From Thermoplasmata archaeon (GTDB lineage Archaea; Thermoplasmatota; Thermoplasmata; Lutacidiplasmatales; UBA184), in contig JAKIWS010000005.1 of the NCBI GenBank assembly GCA_022749895.1, forward strand, positions 8,827 to 72,826: a stretch of DNA of 64,000 nt, given 5' to 3'. This document shows, one piece after another, positions 26,595 through 35,290 of this stretch. The position numbers and the translations under genes are program-made. The first letter of the stretch is position 1. Each line of letters begins with the position of its first letter. The notes under the pieces were generated by a model. The model searched no databases and was not told where the DNA came from. It was given only the letters and a program-made list of their open reading frames with translations.

Positions 26595-27134
26595 CTACCC
26601 GGCAAGCTCCGCCTCCCGCGCCGCCCGTACGGCGGACGCTTCCGTCTGGACCTTTTCGAGCTGATCTCGGATGCGCCGGTCCTCGTCGGATCCGGGCGGA
26701 ATCCGGGTCAGGGAGCGGCGCAGGCCCCGCTCCTGCCGCGCAAGGTCGTCCATGCGACGCATCGCTTCCCACCCCCCGGTCGCCCCGGTATCCTCCTCGG
26801 GATGAGGGGCCGACGGCGGGTTCCGCGCGAAGGCTCCCCGAAGGTACGCGACGGCCAGCCCCACCAGGCTGATGCCCGCGAGCGATAGCTCGAGAGCGGG
26901 GTTGCTCCACGTCGCCTGGAACCCGCTGGGAGCGGCGTTGAGGAGGACGAAGCCGACCAAGACCGTCAGCGTCACGCTGAGGACGAAGCTCAGGGTTGCG
27001 AGCTCGACCGCCGTCAGGAGCGCGCCCGCACCACGGACCCTCCACTCGGGGAACACGGATTTCGCGACCGCATAGCCGGGGAGGGCGAAGACGAGAACCC
27101 CTCCCACGATGGCGAGCGCCAGGTTGACCGCCAC
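26595..27134 (-). CDS. Membrane protein (hypothetical), N-terminal TM helices with a charged coiled C-terminal tail.
   Basis: Helices LALAIVGGVLVFALPGYAV, ALLTAVELATLSFVLSVTLTVLVGFVLL and LSLAGISLVGLAVAYL. It lies between srp54 and pth2 on the same strand. Confidence 0.45.
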   Translation of the reverse strand: MAVNLALAIVGGVLVFALPGYAVAKSVFPEWRVRGAGALLTAVELATLSFVLSVTLTVLVGFVLLNAAPSGFQATWSNPALELSLAGISLVGLAVAYLRGAFARNPPSAPHPEEDTGATGGWEAMRRMDDLARQERGLRRSLTRIPPGSDEDRRIRDQLEKVQTEASAVRAAREAELAG

Positions 27135-27146
27135 GCCGACCTCGCG

Positions 27147-28484
27147 CTACGCCGGTGGGGTTCCGCCGGAGAACTGGCGTTCGAGCTGGCGTCGCAGACG
27201 GCGGTTCGAGGCGATCCCGTGGGCCGCCTTCCGGGTCGTATCGTAGTACTTGAGGAGGGCCCGGACCTCCTGCGATTTCTGGCCGCTCCCGCGGGCGATG
27301 CGGTGGATCCGGTCGCCCTTGATGAGCTGGGGATTCTCGAGCTCCTCCGGGTTTATCGAGTCGAGGATCGCCCGGAACCGCTTGAGCCGTTCTTGGGTCG
27401 CCCCGAGCTGGCCCTCGTCGATCTTCGCGCCCCCGAAACCGGGGAACAAGGAGAGCAGCTTCGAGAACGAGCCCATCTGCCCGATCGAGTCAATCTGGGT
27501 GCGCATGTCCTTGAGCGTGAAGCGCCCCGTCATGAGGTGCTCCGCGGCCTTCTCCGCCTCCTCCTTGTCGGCGAGCTCGTCGAACCGCTCGAGCAGCGTC
27601 TGGATGTCGCCCATGCCGAGCAGGCGGGAGACGAACCTCGTCGGGTCGAACCGCTCGACGTCGTCCATGTGCTCGCCGACGCCGATGAAGACGATCGGGG
27701 CGCCGCTCGTCGCGACCGCGGAGAGTGCACCGCCGCCCTTCGCCGACCCGTCGAGCTTCGTGAGGATCACCCCGGTCAGCCCCACCGCCTCGTGGAACGC
27801 TTTCGCGCTGCGCCCGGCGCTCTGCCCCATCGCCGCGTCGAGGACGAGGAGGACCTCGTCCGGCTTGAGCGCGGTCCGGACCCGCTTCAGCTCCTCGATG
27901 AGATCAGGGTCGATCCCGGAACGACCGGCCGTATCGACGATCACCGTGAAGTGCGGGGGGAAAGCGCTCAGCGCCTCGGTGACGATCACCTCGGCCCGAC
28001 GTTCCGCGCGGTTCGCGTAGAACTCGCAACCGACCTTTTTCGCGACCTGCTCGAGCTGGTCGATCGCGGCCGGGCGGTGCACGTCGGCCGCGACGAGACC
28101 GACCCGGATCCCTTTCTTCTGGAAGAACCGTGCCAGTTTGCCCGCCGTCGTGGTCTTCCCCTGACCGAAGAGACCCGCGAGCAGGATCCGTCGCGGCTTG
28201 AGGTCGAACGCGCGATCCTTCCCGAGGATCCTCCGGATCTCCTCGTAGATGATCCGGACCAGGAAGTCGCGGACGTTCGCGCCGGCGGGGGGCTTCTCAT
28301 CGCGCGCCCGATTGCGGACGCGCTGGGTGAGCTCGATCGCGAGCTGGACGTTGACGTCGGCCTGGAGGAGGGCGCGCTGGATGTCGCGGCTGACCTCGTC
28401 GAGCATCGCCGCGTCGACGGTCGACCCCCGGGCGATCTTCTGGAGGACCCCGCGCAGCGATTTTCCGAGCGCGTCGAGGACCAT
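27147..28484 (-). CDS. srp54: Signal recognition particle protein SRP54.
   Basis: N domain, then G domain (GLFGQGKTTTAGKLA, DTAGR, TKLDG), then an M domain. Confidence 0.85.
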   Translation of the reverse strand: MVLDALGKSLRGVLQKIARGSTVDAAMLDEVSRDIQRALLQADVNVQLAIELTQRVRNRARDEKPPAGANVRDFLVRIIYEEIRRILGKDRAFDLKPRRILLAGLFGQGKTTTAGKLARFFQKKGIRVGLVAADVHRPAAIDQLEQVAKKVGCEFYANRAERRAEVIVTEALSAFPPHFTVIVDTAGRSGIDPDLIEELKRVRTALKPDEVLLVLDAAMGQSAGRSAKAFHEAVGLTGVILTKLDGSAKGGGALSAVATSGAPIVFIGVGEHMDDVERFDPTRFVSRLLGMGDIQTLLERFDELADKEEAEKAAEHLMTGRFTLKDMRTQIDSIGQMGSFSKLLSLFPGFGGAKIDEGQLGATQERLKRFRAILDSINPEELENPQLIKGDRIHRIARGSGQKSQEVRALLKYYDTTRKAAHGIASNRRLRRQLERQFSGGTPPA

Positions 28485-28634
28485 GGTCGGCGTTCCTCGT
28501 CGTACAAGAAGGGCCGCCCCATTTATCGTTGGGGAGCCCGCCGACGGCGCTCCGGTCGGCGTGGGCGTGCGAGGACACCGCATGGCCGCGCAACGTTCTT
28601 ATCGGCACGGGCGGCTCTTTGCGTACGGACGACG

Positions 28635-30092
28635 ATGCCGGACGCTCCCCCTGCCCCCGCACGTCCCACGCCGCCCAAATTGAACCCGGTCCGGGTGCCG
28701 ATCGCCGAGGCCCCGGTCCAGGAACGGATCGTCGATTTCCAGGAGGTGCTGCATGCCTACTCGAAGGAGGACGCGATCCTGGAAGCCAAGCGGTGCATCG
28801 CTTGCCGGCGACCGTGGTGCGTGGAAGCCTGCCCGATCACGCAGGATTGCCGGGAGTACATCCAGCTGATCGCGGACGGCGATTTCAACGGGGCCGCGCG
28901 GGTCACGATCCAGGATAATCCCCTCGCGACGTCGCTCTGCAAGGTCTGCTACCATTACTGCGAGGACGCCTGCGTCGTCAAGAAGAAGGGCGTCCCGATC
29001 GCGATCCGCCACCTGAAGCGCGCGGCGCTCGAGTTTGGCACGAAGGAGATCGCGTACGTCCCGTCGCATCCGAAGGGTCAGCGCGTCGCAGTCGTCGGCG
29101 GCGGACCGGCCGGGTTCCAGGCGGCGTGGGAGCTCGGGATCCGTGGCTACGGCGTCACCGTCTTCGAGCAGGAGAAGCTACTCGGCGGCCTCATGCAGAC
29201 GATCCCCGCGTACCGGATGACGGACGCGGACGTCCAGGAGGACAAGCGACGGTTCCGCGACCTCGACGTGACGTTCTTGACCGAGCACAAGGTTGGCCTC
29301 GACTTCCCGCCGGAGAAGTTGCTCGAGCAGGGGTACCAGGCGGTCTTTCTCTCGATCGGAACGTCGGCGCACCGATCCTTACACGTGCCGGGGGAGGATC
29401 TTCCCGGCGTGGTGCCGGCCCTCAAGCTTCTCCACCAGGTCTCGGAGGGCGAGACCGTCACCCTCGGGAAGAAGATCGTCGTCGTCGGAGGGGGCGATGT
29501 GGCGATGGACGCGGTCCGCAGCTCGCTTCGGCTCTCCCACGGTGGGGAGGTCACGCTCGTCTACCGGCGCGGCCGCGAAGAGATGCCGGCCGACCCCGAG
29601 GAGATCCACGGCGCCGAGTCTGAGGGGATACGGTTCATCTTCCAGAAGGCGCCCGTGCGGATCCTCGGCAACGGTCACGTCGCCGGGCTCGTCGTCCAAT
29701 CGATCGAGCTGGGACCCCCGGATGCCGGCGGCCGTCGCAGCCCGGTGCCGGTTCCCGGGTCCGAACAGACCCTCGACTGCGACACCGTCGTCGTCGCGGT
29801 CGGCCAGAAGGCCGACCTGCGGGGATTCGGACCGGAGCTCGACCTCAAGATCACGTCGCAAGGCTGGCCCGAGGGGAAGGGGCCGGGGTACGCCACCGCG
29901 ATCCCCGGCGTGTTCGCCGCCGGCGGCCGTTCCGTCGTCTACGCGATGGGCACGGCGAGCAAAGCGGCGGAAGCGATCGACGCCTACCTGTGCGGTCTGC
30001 GCGGCGACAAGGTCGCGGCCCGTCCGGACCCGTTCGGCGGGGTCGCGACGTACCACCTTCCGGCCGGCTACACGACCCCGATCCGATCCTGA
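28635..30092 (+). CDS. Glutamate synthase small-subunit-like NAD(P)H-dependent oxidoreductase (GltD/SudA/NfnB family).
   Basis: Two N-terminal Cys clusters (CIACRRPWCVEACP; CKVCYHYCEDAC). Two Rossmann dinucleotide motifs (VAVVGGGPAGFQAA; VVVGGGDVAMD). ATG at 28635 inside the longer 957-aa frame artifact. Confidence 0.75.
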   Translation: MPDAPPAPARPTPPKLNPVRVPIAEAPVQERIVDFQEVLHAYSKEDAILEAKRCIACRRPWCVEACPITQDCREYIQLIADGDFNGAARVTIQDNPLATSLCKVCYHYCEDACVVKKKGVPIAIRHLKRAALEFGTKEIAYVPSHPKGQRVAVVGGGPAGFQAAWELGIRGYGVTVFEQEKLLGGLMQTIPAYRMTDADVQEDKRRFRDLDVTFLTEHKVGLDFPPEKLLEQGYQAVFLSIGTSAHRSLHVPGEDLPGVVPALKLLHQVSEGETVTLGKKIVVVGGGDVAMDAVRSSLRLSHGGEVTLVYRRGREEMPADPEEIHGAESEGIRFIFQKAPVRILGNGHVAGLVVQSIELGPPDAGGRRSPVPVPGSEQTLDCDTVVVAVGQKADLRGFGPELDLKITSQGWPEGKGPGYATAIPGVFAAGGRSVVYAMGTASKAAEAIDAYLCGLRGDKVAARPDPFGGVATYHLPAGYTTPIRS

Positions 30093-30177
30093 GCGGCGGT
30101 CGCGCCTCGCGCCGATCGCTTCCCGTTTTCCGACGGAACTATCTTAGAGACGTCGCAGCCTACTCCGTCGATGACCG

Positions 30178-32883
30178 ATGAAACTCCGTGCACTTCGCCC
30201 GGCGCTGGTGATCCTGCTCGCCGCCGCCACGATCGCTAACTCGGCGCCGTTCGCGCTCGCCGCGGGCCCGCACGAACGAGCTCGCGGCGTGAGTTCTCCA
30301 TCGGCGATGTCACCCGACGCGGCCGCGATCCCCGCCGCGCTGCTGTCACCTTGGGCGGCCCGGGCCGGATATTCGCCCGCGTACGCGGCCGAAGTCGCAG
30401 GCGCCGGACCGGCCAGCGGGAATCTGACCGTCAGCCTCCAGCTCTGGCCGTCGACGACGTCGTTCTTCCGAACCCCGGCGCCCGGCGCCCCGGGCCTCAG
30501 TGTCGGGTCGCTCGCCGACCGGTACGGCCTCTCCCCCGCCGCGTACTCGTCCCTGGTCGCGTACTTCACCCACCGTGGGCTCGCCGTCCTCCACGCGTGG
30601 CCGGATCGCCTGGGGTTGACCGTGTCGGGACCCGCCGCGGCGATGGGCACCGCCTTCGGTACCCAGGTGCTTCAGGGCTCCTTCGAAGGTCGCACGGTCA
30701 CCTTTCCGGCCTCCGTGCCGACGCTCCCCGGGCCGTTCGCTACCGAAGTCGCTGCCGTCTCCGGCCTCACGTACGGCTTTTCCCGGTTCACGATCCCCTT
30801 CGCGACCGCCGCCCTTCCGGCGGGGTTCGGGGTCCACCCCGCGATCACCACCCCGTCGCGGAGCACCGATTTTGTCACTCCAGCGGGCGCCCGGCTCGTC
30901 TACGACTTGAACGGTCTCTACAACGTCTCCGGTACGCCGAAGTACGCGACCGGGATCGGGATCGCCCTGCTCCTGTGGGGGTGGGGGTACGACCCCGCCG
31001 ACATCCAGGGTTTCTTCGGGACGTACTACCCCAGCCAGTTCCCGGCGGTCCAGTACTCGGACGTGGCGGTCGACGGGGCACCGGCGGCCTCCGCACAGGC
31101 GCTCAACGACCCGAGCAACGCCCCCCTCGAGCTGACGCTCGACATCGAGTGGGCCGGCTCGATGGCCCCCGGGGCCAACCTCTACGCCGTCCACGGCCCA
31201 GACGGGCCGGCGAACAACAACTACTCGCCCACCGACGCGACGTTGGAAGACGCGCTCAACACCGCGGTGAACGGACTCTCCGGGGTCCGAGCGATCTCGA
31301 TGTCGTTCGGAACCCCCGACAGCTCGGACGCCTCGTTCCAGGCGGCCTTCTCGCTCCAGTTCGCGAAGGCGGCGAACCGGGGGATCACGCTCCTGGCCGC
31401 TTCCGGCGACAACGCCGGCGACGCGAAAACATCGTGCACGGGCGGACCCTCGCCCCAGTTCCCCGCCGCCTCCCCCGACGTGCTCGCGGTCGGCGGCACG
31501 GCCCCGATCCTAACGGCGGACCCCCTCGGACAGGTCACCGGCCTCTCCAGCGAGCCGGCGTGGAACGATTCCGGCGGCGGCTACTCGGCGACCTATCCCG
31601 CGCCATCGTGGCAGCTGGTGGGTTCGGCGGCCGGCCCGATCGGCGCGCACGGTTTCCGGGGGATCCCGGACGTCGCGGGTCCGTCGAACCGGAACTTCTT
31701 CTACTACGGCGGGCAAGCGCGCGCCGGCCAGGGGACCAGCTTTGCCACGCCGATGTGGGCCGGCCTCGTGACCGAGATGGACGCCGTCTCGGGCGACAAG
31801 CTCGGCTTCGTCAGCCCGCGCGTGTACGTCCTTGGCGCCGCGGAGGCGAACGGCACGGCCGGCGCGGGGCTCGTCGACATCACAAGCGGGGCGAACTGCC
31901 TCGGGAACGCCGTCACCGGTTGGGACCAGGTGACCGGCTGGGGCTCGCCCCGTGCGAAGACGCTCTACCTGGACCTCGTCTCGACGTTCGTCAACGTGTC
32001 GCTCGTCGCGACCCCCGCGCCGGTGCTACCGGGCGGCGCGCTGACGGTGACCGTCCTCGTCCTCAACCTGACCAGCGGGCGGCCGATCTCGACCCTCCCG
32101 GTCCAGTTCGCTCTCGCCGCTTCGAATGGATACACAGGCCCGTGCGGGGGGTCGCTGGCCACCGCGGTCGCCCCGACGAACGCGAGCGGCTTCGCGGTCG
32201 CGACCCTGGGTCTACCGGGGTGTTACTTCGGGAGCCACGCCACCGTCTCCGCCCTCGTGCAGACGAACGGCTTCTTCGGCAGCAACTCGACGAGCGTCGC
32301 GGTCAACCTCGAGAGCCTCGCCGGGTTCCTCGCCGCGCTCCACGTCTACCCGTACAACGTGATCGGGTTCGTGATCATCCTCCTCGTCGCGGTCGGCATC
32401 GCGTATGCGATTGGCGAGTTCCGCCACAAGCGGGCGCGCGCCCGGGCCACCCGAGCCCGTGCAGCGGCCGCTCCACCGGTCCGTCGGGCCGCCCCGCCCG
32501 CGGTCCGACCCGCTCCGCCGAAACCGGCCGCGGTCGTACCGTTGGCATCGAAACCGGCGCCGAGCTCGAGTATTTCCCCTATGACCGCGACCGGGGCCGG
32601 TACGACCCCAGGCCCCCTGGGCGGGAGCTCGTCCACGATGGCGGATCCGATCCCTACGTCGGTTCCTCCGCCCGATCCTCCTCCGTTGTCGGAAGAGACC
32701 GACGTAGAACCGGACCTCCCGACCGACGATCCTGTCCCGTCGACGGTCCCCGACCATGTCCTCGACCCCTCCGGGCCCGCGCCGGCCCCTCTGCCTTCGA
32801 GCGGCGCCTTCGCGTGTCCGGTGTGCCACGCGATCCACCCCGTAGGGACGAGCATCTGTTCCGTATGCGGGACCGCGCTCTAG
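30178..32883 (+). CDS. Sedolisin-type (S53) serine peptidase with signal peptide and pro-domain, a C-terminal TM anchor, a Pro/Ala-rich linker and a C-terminal C4 zinc ribbon.
   Basis: Signal MKLRALRPALVILLAAATIANSA. S53 motifs SGDNAGD and GGQARAGQGTSFATPMWAG. TM VIGFVIILLVAVGIAYAIG followed by RHKRARARA. The tail is CPVCHAIHPVGTSICSVCGTAL (C-X2-C-X10-C-X2-C). Confidence 0.7.
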   Translation: MKLRALRPALVILLAAATIANSAPFALAAGPHERARGVSSPSAMSPDAAAIPAALLSPWAARAGYSPAYAAEVAGAGPASGNLTVSLQLWPSTTSFFRTPAPGAPGLSVGSLADRYGLSPAAYSSLVAYFTHRGLAVLHAWPDRLGLTVSGPAAAMGTAFGTQVLQGSFEGRTVTFPASVPTLPGPFATEVAAVSGLTYGFSRFTIPFATAALPAGFGVHPAITTPSRSTDFVTPAGARLVYDLNGLYNVSGTPKYATGIGIALLLWGWGYDPADIQGFFGTYYPSQFPAVQYSDVAVDGAPAASAQALNDPSNAPLELTLDIEWAGSMAPGANLYAVHGPDGPANNNYSPTDATLEDALNTAVNGLSGVRAISMSFGTPDSSDASFQAAFSLQFAKAANRGITLLAASGDNAGDAKTSCTGGPSPQFPAASPDVLAVGGTAPILTADPLGQVTGLSSEPAWNDSGGGYSATYPAPSWQLVGSAAGPIGAHGFRGIPDVAGPSNRNFFYYGGQARAGQGTSFATPMWAGLVTEMDAVSGDKLGFVSPRVYVLGAAEANGTAGAGLVDITSGANCLGNAVTGWDQVTGWGSPRAKTLYLDLVSTFVNVSLVATPAPVLPGGALTVTVLVLNLTSGRPISTLPVQFALAASNGYTGPCGGSLATAVAPTNASGFAVATLGLPGCYFGSHATVSALVQTNGFFGSNSTSVAVNLESLAGFLAALHVYPYNVIGFVIILLVAVGIAYAIGEFRHKRARARATRARAAAAPPVRRAAPPAVRPAPPKPAAVVPLASKPAPSSSISPMTATGAGTTPGPLGGSSSTMADPIPTSVPPPDPPPLSEETDVEPDLPTDDPVPSTVPDHVLDPSGPAPAPLPSSGAFACPVCHAIHPVGTSICSVCGTAL

Positions 32884-32962
32884 CCGGCGAAGGTTCCCGC
32901 GCCCGCCAACGTTCCTCACGGTCGGGAACGCCGTCCGGTTTCGGGGCCGGTAGGATTCGCGT

Positions 32963-33943
32963 GTGACCGAACCGCGCTCCAAGCATCCGTCGGTGGCCGA
33001 GGTCGCGCGCGATTACATTGGAGCCCATCCGAGCATCCGCGAGGCGTTGCGCGACGACCTGGTCAATTACGCCGCGCTCGCGCGGAAGATCCAGCAGGAG
33101 CAGGGCCTCGCGAGCCTCGAAGCGTTGACTGTCGCGTGCGCGCGCTACCAGCGGGCCGGCCGGGGCGATCCGCCCGGCCTCCTGGCGGTGCGCGCGATTG
33201 TCCGGAAGAGTCACCTGGAGGTGCATTCGCACGTGGCGTTGCTCCGGCTCGATGACGACTGGAGCGTCCTCGACGCCGTGCTCGCCCGGGGCCGCCGCGC
33301 CGTGAAGGAATCGACCGAAAGCCACCTGTTCGAGGTATTCCAAGGTACGCGGTCGGTGACGGTGCTCTGTCAGGAGCACCTCCTCCCGGCGCTCCTCAAC
33401 CTCGTTCCCGAGGCGAAGCGCCTCGGGACGGAGCGCGGGCTCAGTGTCCTCGCCTTCCGGAGCCGGCCCGGGGTCGCGGAAACGCCGGGCGTCCTGGCGT
33501 ACTCGGCCGATGAACTGTTCCGCAACGGGATCAACGCGCTCGAAACCGTCAGCGTTCACGCCGACTCGATCCTCGTGTTCCGGGACCGGGACGTCCTCCC
33601 CGCGTTCGCGACGTTGTCGCGCTTGTTGGCGACGTTGGACGGCCCCTTCGACCACGGTCGACAGGAACCCGCCCGGTTCTCGCGATCCATGGGTCGGGGG
33701 CCGCCAACCGCGAGCGAACCGAGACGGAGATCCCGCCGGCCCTCGTCGACGGGCAGCGAGGGTTCGGTCGACTCAATCGGGAGGGGCGCCCGGGGTCTCC
33801 GCGGGGGGGGGTGTCCCCGAATCCAGGTCAGGCTTCCACGGGTGGGGCTTCGCCCCGGCGCTCGGGGGTCCGGATCGGCTCGGGCGCCGACGGCGCGCTT
33901 TGCAGGGCGCCCTGGAGCAGCACCGATCGTTCGCGGGCATTGA
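32963..33943 (+). CDS. ACT-domain protein (predicted small-molecule-binding regulator). The 3' end is uncertain; it is a paralog of 34471-35166.
   Basis: ETPGVLAYSADELFRNGINALETVSVHADSILVFRDRDVLPAFATLSRL matches the ACT fold pattern. The N-terminus aligns with the paralog (IREALRDDLVNYAALARKI versus IRDCLGYDIVNFTALARKI). The conserved part ends near residue 235; the Arg-rich tail may be non-coding read-through. Confidence 0.5.
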   Translation: MTEPRSKHPSVAEVARDYIGAHPSIREALRDDLVNYAALARKIQQEQGLASLEALTVACARYQRAGRGDPPGLLAVRAIVRKSHLEVHSHVALLRLDDDWSVLDAVLARGRRAVKESTESHLFEVFQGTRSVTVLCQEHLLPALLNLVPEAKRLGTERGLSVLAFRSRPGVAETPGVLAYSADELFRNGINALETVSVHADSILVFRDRDVLPAFATLSRLLATLDGPFDHGRQEPARFSRSMGRGPPTASEPRRRSRRPSSTGSEGSVDSIGRGARGLRGGGCPRIQVRLPRVGLRPGARGSGSARAPTARFAGRPGAAPIVRGH

Positions 33944-34217
33944 GCCCCGGATGCTGGCCGTAGAGGTGAATCTCGAGACTGGCGCGGGTCGCGTACTGGC
34001 GCGCGCAGACCGGGCAGAGGAACGCTTGGGAGTCCCCGATGAAGCGGGAGCATTCGCACCCGACCACGTGGCACGGCATCGGGGTGGTCCGGTCGCGGGG
34101 GCGGCTGAAATGCCGGCGGAGCCGGCCGGTCTGGGGGGAGAGAAGGTAGTGGCTAGCCCGTAGGTGGGTGCAGACTCGGCAGGGGAGTAGGCGCAGATGA
34201 CGTCGCTGGGTGACCAC
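33828..34217 (-). CDS. Small C2H2 zinc-finger protein.
   Basis: FLCPVCARQYATRASLEIHLYGQH fits C-X2-C-X12-H-X4-H. Additional Cys/His pairs lie upstream (CRVCTHLRASH; CHVVGCECSRF). The start is uncertain. Confidence 0.45.
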   Translation of the reverse strand: MVTQRRHLRLLPCRVCTHLRASHYLLSPQTGRLRRHFSRPRDRTTPMPCHVVGCECSRFIGDSQAFLCPVCARQYATRASLEIHLYGQHPGLNARERSVLLQGALQSAPSAPEPIRTPERRGEAPPVEA

Positions 34218-34470
34218 AGGCGGGGTTCTGTCCTCCTTCCGTTGTCGTGCCGTCCGCCAGAACTTCCTCGGGACCCGGCCCGTGTAAGACCCTGGACGGC
34301 TACCGCACGAGGTAGCCTAGAGGCATATATCCTCGGCGTCGCCCGCGCGACATCCGACCCCCCCGCGGTGTCGCCCGGGCGGCACCCGATTCGGCGCCAT
34401 ACCGGCGCCTCTCCGCCGAGCGCAACCCTCTTCCCGCGCGACCCCCCTCGGCTTCCCCACCACAGGGTCG

Positions 34471-35166
34471 ATGCCGGCGGGGAAGGGCGCGGGGCCGACA
34501 ACGGCGGAACTGACCCGGCGGTACATCGACGACCACCCGGCGATCCGCGACTGCTTGGGCTACGACATCGTGAACTTCACGGCCCTCGCCCGCAAGATAC
34601 GGGCCGAGACCGGCGCCCCCAACCAGGAGGCCATCGAGGTGGCCCTCCGCCGGTACCCTCGGTTGATGCGGCCCGAGAGGCCCCTCGAGCTCCGCGTGCT
34701 CGACGTGGTCAAAGGGAGCCGCCTCGAGGTCCGTACTCGCGTCGCGATCATCACGGCGCGCGCCGACTGGGATCTCCTGGGCCGCGTCCTGGAAACCGGT
34801 CGCACGCTGCTCGCCGATCACCGGCACTTGCTGCAGCTCCTCCAGGGACCCGGCGCCCTCACCATCCTCTGCGAGGAGGATCTCGTCGACGCCGTGCTCG
34901 CGGTCCTCGGCAAGCGACCCGTGATCGCGGTTCACCGGCAGCTCTCGGCGCTCACCGTGCGGAGCCCGGAATCGATCGTCGAGACCCCGGGCGTGCTGGC
35001 GTTCCTCGCGGGCGCGCTGTTCCGGGCGGGGATCAACAGCCTCGAACTGATGAGCGTCTACACGGATTCGACGTTCGTGGTACGGGAAGCGGATGTCGTC
35101 CATGCGTTCCAGGTTCTCTCGCGCCTCGTCCACCCCCCGGCCGACGGGGGCCGGGCGCTCGATTGA
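34471..35166 (+). CDS. ACT-domain protein, paralog of 32963-33943.
   Basis: ETPGVLAFLAGALFRAGINSLELMSVYTDSTFVVREADVVHAFQVLSRL. 231 aa. Confidence 0.55.
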   Translation: MPAGKGAGPTTAELTRRYIDDHPAIRDCLGYDIVNFTALARKIRAETGAPNQEAIEVALRRYPRLMRPERPLELRVLDVVKGSRLEVRTRVAIITARADWDLLGRVLETGRTLLADHRHLLQLLQGPGALTILCEEDLVDAVLAVLGKRPVIAVHRQLSALTVRSPESIVETPGVLAFLAGALFRAGINSLELMSVYTDSTFVVREADVVHAFQVLSRLVHPPADGGRALD

Positions 35167-35290
35167 GCCGGCCGATCTTGTCCGCTGTCCCCTCGCGTTC
35201 TCGGCGGAGGAATGCTGGTGAGAGGTATATATGAGCCCGAAGATAGGCGAGGCCTCCGAGAGAGCTTCTCTCCGGAGTCTGGGTTCGACG

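Noticed and set aside
27219-28634. The N-terminal 470 codons of the 957-aa plus-strand ORF.
   Set aside because: They are antisense to srp54 and have no motifs. The real GltD-like gene starts at the ATG at 28635 inside this ORF.
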